Source of the DNA: Promethearchaeota archaeon
GTDB taxonomy: Archaea; Asgardarchaeota; Lokiarchaeia; Sigyniarchaeales; SOKP01
DNA: 12,079 bases
Assembly: GCA_019057795.1 (NCBI GenBank)
Contig: JAHLWS010000083.1
Coordinates: 1-12,079, forward strand
Reading direction: 5' to 3'
This document shows positions 7,618 to 12,079 of this stretch, in pieces; the stretch's first letter is position 1, and each line of letters opens with the position of its first letter. Made by a program: the position numbers and the translations under genes. A model generated the notes under the pieces. The model had not been told where the DNA came from. It made no database searches and was given only the letters and a program-made list of their open reading frames with translations.

Positions 7618-9236
7618 TTTAATATCTCCTCCATTTGTGGTAAATAATAATCTAATAATTCTAAAGCATCAAAATACGGAGTCATATTTTCATGGAATAT
7701 TTTAACGATATTTTGAAATGGAGGAAGTTTAACTTCTCTACTATCCATTCTTAATAGGAAATGATCCACTTCTTCTTTGGAGGCAGTAAGGAGTTGCTGT
7801 AATTTCTTTATTTTAGACCTTGGCCATTTATCTGCGGCACTAATAAATCCTTGAATTAAGCTTTTGAGATTTATCCATGAATACTTATCAGGTAAATTGG
7901 AATCCCCAACAACGGCCCATGGTCGCCATAGTAAATTATTTTGTTTGTAAATCATTTCTTTAGTTTTTAATTCTTTAGGAAGAGGAATTCCCTGAATTCT
8001 ATATTGAGTTTTTCTCGTTTCACTCAAATCTGACGTAAAACCAGATTGAATGACATGAAAATCAAGCCAAAAACCTCTATTAGAAAGATTATTTTTCTCT
8101 TGAATAATTTTACCTTTTTTTTTCGCTGATTTACAGAGTTCTTCTGCCATGGTATAGGCTCTATCAAACGGAAAAGTCGTTTTTACAATCGCAACTCCTG
8201 CGCTGGCAGAATGTGGGATAATTTTACCAAGAATCTTAATTTCTAACTTAGAAAGCTTTTTTAGAAATAAAGCAGCTAAATTTATTCCTAATTTTCCATT
8301 GGTTATGAAAGTAATATCATCTCCTTTTAAGATTATTGGTCTTATAGGTAATTTTACTTTAGAATTTTCATATTTCAGGTCAAAATTCTTTTTAAATTCA
8401 TTATTTTCCAATGAATTTATTAAATTTTTAATAACTTGTTTAAGTGCTTCTTTATAAATTTCGTTAAGTCTCCTCGAAAATTCACTCATTCTGTAGAGCG
8501 ACAATTCGTAATCTTTAATGGACTCATTTAACAATTCATGTATCGTTTTACCTACATTATCTCCATCAATATGAACGATAGAAATATAATTCTCTCCAGT
8601 TTTTTGCCCTAAATCCTCCAATCTCAAAGGAAATTCGTAATTGTGAAAACCTTTTAATAAATCTTTAAAATGATTTTTATCATTATTATCTCTTTTTCTT
8701 TTTGTAGGTAGCGAAAGATATTCGTCATTTTCTTTAAATTGAACGGGTAAACCACTGCTCAATTCAGCTTTTGTTATTCCAATTCCTAATAGGGGGGTTG
8801 TCTTGACGAAGGAATTCTTTTTCTTTACAAGTTTTTTAAATATGTTGTTATAATCCAGACTAAAGTTATTCAAAAAAGTTTTTTCATAGGCTACGTTAAA
8901 GCTAAGTAGCCCCCCAGAGAGTTCTAAAACTTTTTCTGACAATTTTTTAGTTATTTCTTTTGCTTTATCTTTGTCTTTAAAAACAATTAAGGCATTTCCG
9001 CCCCCCAAATATACGATTACCGCTTCATGCTCGGCCCAATTTATTCCTTCTCTTTTAATTGCTTCTAAAGTATTAGTACACTCTAATTTGATATATTTCT
9101 TTAACAAATCTTCAGAAGCATTTTCAACGATTATCGAGCCTCCTAAATTTTCTTTTAACCGGTTTGTCGAAAAAATAAAGTTTTGAATTCCGGTTATATC
9201 ATATATTGCAAGTGTTTTTTCCTCACTCATGATCAT
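7614..9236 (-). CDS. cas10: Cas10 large subunit, type III-D, lacking the HD nuclease domain; Palm2 motif KGDD
   Basis: Begins directly with AIYDITGIQNFIF...LKENLGGS; Palm1 VYLGGGNA; Palm2 IVHIDGDNVG and RPIILKGDDITF; SAGVAIV...PFDRAYTMAEELCKSAK; WLDFH. Only 540 aa. The real start may be the second ATG (9230). Confidence 0.95.
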   Translation of the reverse strand: MIMSEEKTLAIYDITGIQNFIFSTNRLKENLGGSIIVENASEDLLKKYIKLECTNTLEAIKREGINWAEHEAVIVYLGGGNALIVFKDKDKAKEITKKLSEKVLELSGGLLSFNVAYEKTFLNNFSLDYNNIFKKLVKKKNSFVKTTPLLGIGITKAELSSGLPVQFKENDEYLSLPTKRKRDNNDKNHFKDLLKGFHNYEFPLRLEDLGQKTGENYISIVHIDGDNVGKTIHELLNESIKDYELSLYRMSEFSRRLNEIYKEALKQVIKNLINSLENNEFKKNFDLKYENSKVKLPIRPIILKGDDITFITNGKLGINLAALFLKKLSKLEIKILGKIIPHSASAGVAIVKTTFPFDRAYTMAEELCKSAKKKGKIIQEKNNLSNRGFWLDFHVIQSGFTSDLSETRKTQYRIQGIPLPKELKTKEMIYKQNNLLWRPWAVVGDSNLPDKYSWINLKSLIQGFISAADKWPRSKIKKLQQLLTASKEEVDHFLLRMDSREVKLPPFQNIVKIFHENMTPYFDALELLDYYLPQMEEILK

Positions 9237-9440
9237 TCCTTCTAATTAATTCTTTTCCTTAAAAGCTTAAGATTAATTTGACTTCTTATCAATTTAACTT
9301 TTTTAACGGATAAAAAATCATTCTTAATTGGATATTGTCAAAAATATATATGTAATAATCTTTCTTTAATTACTTAAAAATGTTTTTTTTGATTTTTTTT
9401 CGCTCACGAATAATATATTATCTCCCTCATATTTAAATGT

Positions 9441-9518
9441 ATCTCATTGCTATGTGGGAAACCACATAATGCTTTTATCCTATAACGCACTGCTTTGTGA
9501 GATCGCTTCATAATAGCA
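9441..9518. other. Two adjacent stem-loops in the cas6-cas10 intergenic region (candidate structured RNA or solitary repeat-like element)
   Basis: TATGTGG-GAAA-CCACATA (9451-9468) is a perfect 7-bp stem. TGCT-TTGTGA-N7-TCATAA-T-AGCA (9491-9518) is an imperfect stem with one G-U pair on the plus strand. Function is unknown. Confidence 0.45.
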
Positions 9519-9647
9519 AAAACGTTTTAAATACTAAACAAAAGCTCTTAAGATCGCACTCCCTAAATAATTGATCTATAAAAGATTAATATATTAGCTA
9601 CACAAACACACAATAATATGAGAAAATAATTCTATATTCTTCTATTT

Positions 9648-10475
9648 TTATGCAACAGAAAGTATAAAATTATGACCAAATCCTCTGGTAGTACGAGAAC
9701 CTATTCCAGTATATTCTGATAAATAAAGAATTTTCCACATAATTGATTTTTCAAGAGGATTCCCACCGATCTTAAAAGTAATATTACCAATTCTACCTTT
9801 ATATGATATTACTTCGCTTTTGTTTTCTTTATTAGTGAGATAGCCTGTGGATTCACGAGTATAATCTTGAACTATTATTAAATAGGGATATAACTGAGTA
9901 GGTTCCAGGTTTACGATCCCTAACTGTTTAAATTTCTCACATTGGAAGTTTAGGAAGGCTTCAATTGTAAAATTTTCCAATCTTTTTTCTTGAGCGTAAT
10001 AGAAAAAAGTTGGAGTTTCCAATCTCACTGTAACTGTATTGAGGGGATCAGGAATTTCATTTAAATTGCCTTCATGAATATTGAGTCTTTCAATAATTAC
10101 ATTTAGTGCATCAATTTTAAAAAGTTTATTTTGTACAGTGTAACTTTTTATTAATCTTCCAATTTCAGGGTCGATTGTTTTTATAAAAAAGTGCCCTCTT
10201 TCTCCCTTTTTAACTTTAACAAATCCTTTTATTTCAGATTTGGGCTGTTTTCTCTCGAAAGTAAGGTAAGAATACGTCCATGGTCTCACAGTTGTAGATA
10301 GATGAATTTTTCGAGAAAATTGGGGGTCCATTTCAAAAAGTAGATTATAGATGGCACCGTAAATTTTTGAATGATTTCTTAATGGAATTTGAGCGTCTTT
10401 CTTAGCAACAACTGAAAATTTACATTTGAGAAGCGTAATATTTCTTCTCATCTTTATTCTATTATTATCTTGCAT
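9648..10475 (-). CDS. cas6: CRISPR-associated endoribonuclease Cas6
   Basis: IYGAIYNLL...FSRKIH...RPWTYS; LETPTFF; YKGRIG; C-terminal glycine-rich loop YTGIGSRTTRGFG. The start could be the internal Met (MRRNITLL). Confidence 0.93.
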   Translation of the reverse strand: MQDNNRIKMRRNITLLKCKFSVVAKKDAQIPLRNHSKIYGAIYNLLFEMDPQFSRKIHLSTTVRPWTYSYLTFERKQPKSEIKGFVKVKKGERGHFFIKTIDPEIGRLIKSYTVQNKLFKIDALNVIIERLNIHEGNLNEIPDPLNTVTVRLETPTFFYYAQEKRLENFTIEAFLNFQCEKFKQLGIVNLEPTQLYPYLIIVQDYTRESTGYLTNKENKSEVISYKGRIGNITFKIGGNPLEKSIMWKILYLSEYTGIGSRTTRGFGHNFILSVA

Positions 10476-10557
10476 GTTATGTGCTATTTCTCTTGTTTAA
10501 TCATTAGCGATAGGAACGATTCGATTTAAATTATTTAAATGGATATCATTACTTAGC

Positions 10558-10596
10558 CTATTATCTATTATCTATTATTTATTATCTATTATCTAT
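10558..10596. repeat. 7-bp tandem repeat (CTATTAT, about 5.5 copies)
   Basis: ctattat ctattat ctattat ttattat ctattat ctat; it includes the TAG stop of the CARF gene (10593-10595). Confidence 0.9.
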
Positions 10597-11270
10597 ATTA
10601 CTGTGTGATTCAAATCTAAACCTTTATCTTCAAATATTTTATTTGTTATCCTAAGAGGGTTTTGAATTGTTTTATAAACTTCCGTTCCTGGCACTGGCCG
10701 TCTTAATTCTCTATCAAATTTCTCATGATCTATATATAAAATATCTGGACCATCAGGCCCTAAAGCAAGTGCGGCTATACCACATGCTACACTCATAATC
10801 TTTGTCCCTCCAGTTATATCCAAACCAATTTTACTAATATCTATTCTCTTTTCTTTATTTAAATATAATAGACCTAATCCTATAAGGTCTATGGAATTTT
10901 TAAATGAATTTTTTTTCATAATTTCACGCTTACATTGAATAAATTTTAGTCCAGTTTCATCAATAATTTTATTCAAAGTTACCTCAGATTCTTTAGTATA
11001 AATAAAAAATACGCCCGTTGGATTATTTACTAAGATATTTAAAATTATAGGTTCATGTGAAAACCCTACTGTAAAAATTAATCCATCATACTTTTTAAAA
11101 GAATTTTTTGACCTGGCACTCAATACAAATTTCTTTTTGCTTAGATTCCATATCTCGTCCATAAGAGAATCTGTATCCTCATTCTGTTTCTTTAATCTTT
11201 TTAGTTCAATATATTTATTCTCGAGTTTTGAGTTTAAATCTTTAATAACTTCTTTATTCTCTATTGTCAT
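10593..11270 (-). CDS. Stand-alone CARF-domain protein (TIGR02710-like CARF without effector domain); possible ring nuclease, sensor, or truncated effector
   Basis: GLIFTVGFSHEPIILNI, FFIYTKES, LDITGGTKIMSVA, YID...RRPVPGTE...NP. About 55 aa of helical N-terminal extension; the protein ends about 20 aa after the CARF fold. Confidence 0.85.
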   Translation of the reverse strand: MTIENKEVIKDLNSKLENKYIELKRLKKQNEDTDSLMDEIWNLSKKKFVLSARSKNSFKKYDGLIFTVGFSHEPIILNILVNNPTGVFFIYTKESEVTLNKIIDETGLKFIQCKREIMKKNSFKNSIDLIGLGLLYLNKEKRIDISKIGLDITGGTKIMSVACGIAALALGPDGPDILYIDHEKFDRELRRPVPGTEVYKTIQNPLRITNKIFEDKGLDLNHTVI

Positions 11271-11300
11271 TTTTTAGGTTTTTGCATTTTAATTTTTTTT

Positions 11301-11310
11301 AAATATATAA
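11301..11310 (-). promoter_or_regulatory. Possible archaeal-type TATA box for the CARF gene
   Basis: TTATATATTT on the minus strand 31-40 nt upstream of the ATG at 11270, with no SD motif. The region is very AT-rich, so support is weak. Confidence 0.25.
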
Positions 11311-11507
11311 CATATTATGCGTGAAAATTTTTAAATAATTTATGAGTGTTTAAATTTTTAACTTATAAAACTACTTCATAATTAATTAATTTATATTTAT
11401 TTACAGAAATTTTACTAACTAAGTAAAAAATTAACTACTAACTTGTTCGTTAAAACCTAACAAATAAAGAATAGGAATATTGTTAAAAATTAAATTTGAT
11501 TTTTGAT

Positions 11508-12077
11508 TTAAATCCAGATTATTTTTCTCCCACTGAAATAACAACGCCTAAGGTTATATTCTGTGCTTAGATTTAAGAGAGCGATAGAAACCGGTTTTGT
11601 ACCACCTGTTATCTCACATACAATTTCGTAATTTTTGATCTCTTCTTTTAAAATCTTTTCTAACTCTTCATAAATTTGCTGATAATTTTCTCTTAGAACT
11701 TTTTGATAATCGAATTCTCTCACAACAGTTTCAATTTCTTCGTATTTGCTTTTATCTAATTTTCTAAACTCCTCGTGGTAATCTGGGCTTGTAAATAACA
11801 CGTATTTTCTCGGGAGGATACTAATCTCTTCAAAAGCTGCGAGAATGTCATTGAACAGCGTAGGAATTCCTAACCCACCAATAAGGCAAATTGGAACAGT
11901 TTTTTTATAATAGTTCCTTAATGGCTGTCTTGCGACTCCGTTTAACATATAAGACCCTCTATCCGTTTTTTCTAGCATACCATCTTTTACTAATCTTTTA
12001 AGATGATGATCCGCGCGTTTTGACATGTTTTTATTAATAAGATAACTACTAATTTCATTGAATTCGTAAATTTCTTT
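11508..12077 (-). CDS. Winged-HTH plus C-terminal CARF protein, putative ligand-responsive transcription regulator; probably 5'-truncated by the window edge
   Basis: The frame stays open upstream of the ORF-track Met at 12026 to the window end (KEIYEFNEISSYLINKN-MSK). HHLKRLVKDGMLEKTDRGSYML is a typical wHTH recognition helix and wing. CLIGGLG, YVLFTS and CEITGGTKPVSIAL are CARF motifs. Confidence 0.8.
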   Translation of the reverse strand, partial: KEIYEFNEISSYLINKNMSKRADHHLKRLVKDGMLEKTDRGSYMLNGVARQPLRNYYKKTVPICLIGGLGIPTLFNDILAAFEEISILPRKYVLFTSPDYHEEFRKLDKSKYEEIETVVREFDYQKVLRENYQQIYEELEKILKEEIKNYEIVCEITGGTKPVSIALLNLSTEYNLRRCYFSGRKIIWI

Positions 12078-12079
12078 GC

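Noticed and set aside
5862-8123. T9 homopolymers at 5862-5870 and 8115-8123 as phase-variation sites
   Set aside because: They encode Lys runs in intact frames and are expected in AT-rich DNA.
5666-9186. Plus-strand ORFs 5666-5893, 7346-7705 and 8971-9186
   Set aside because: Antisense shadows of the cas7-cas5-cas11 and cas10 genes.
9404-9511. 35-aa minus-strand ORF (MKRSHKAVRYRIKALCGFPHSNEIHLNMREIIYYS) in the cas6-cas10 gap
   Set aside because: No SD, no motif, and a length compatible with chance; cannot be excluded without ribosome profiling.
11410-11428. Inverted repeat TTTTACT-N5-AGTAAAA
   Set aside because: Weak, almost all A/T, single occurrence; a terminator or operator role cannot be supported.
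1-12079. A true CRISPR array, cas1/cas2, transposase or tRNA
   Set aside because: No 25-40-nt repeat recurring at spacer-like periodicity in any intergenic region, and no ORF or structure with those signatures.

Overview
AT-rich defence locus whose context looks archaeal, although the host cannot be fixed from this window. The minus strand carries a complete, tightly packed type III-D variant (III-Dv-like) CRISPR effector operon: HD-less cas10 with a KGDD rather than GGDD Palm2 motif, then a cas7-cas5-cas11 fusion, a cas7-cas7 fusion, csx19, and a cas7-with-insertion that ends in a fused CspA-like cold-shock domain. Upstream on the same strand are cas6, an effector-less CARF gene whose stop codon lies in a heptamer tandem repeat, and a 5'-truncated winged-HTH-CARF gene. 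Converging on the plus strand are the 3' end of a probable CARF-like gene and an overlapping PIN ribonuclease gene. No cas1, cas2 or true CRISPR array is visible. The 411-bp cas6-cas10 gap holds hairpins and a possible solitary repeat-like element. The most notable picture is an RNA-targeting III-Dv complex with an extra RNA-binding domain, flanked by up to three CARF-type modules with no visible fused nuclease and a separately encoded PIN toxin. Domain calls come from motif recognition by eye; no database searches were run.
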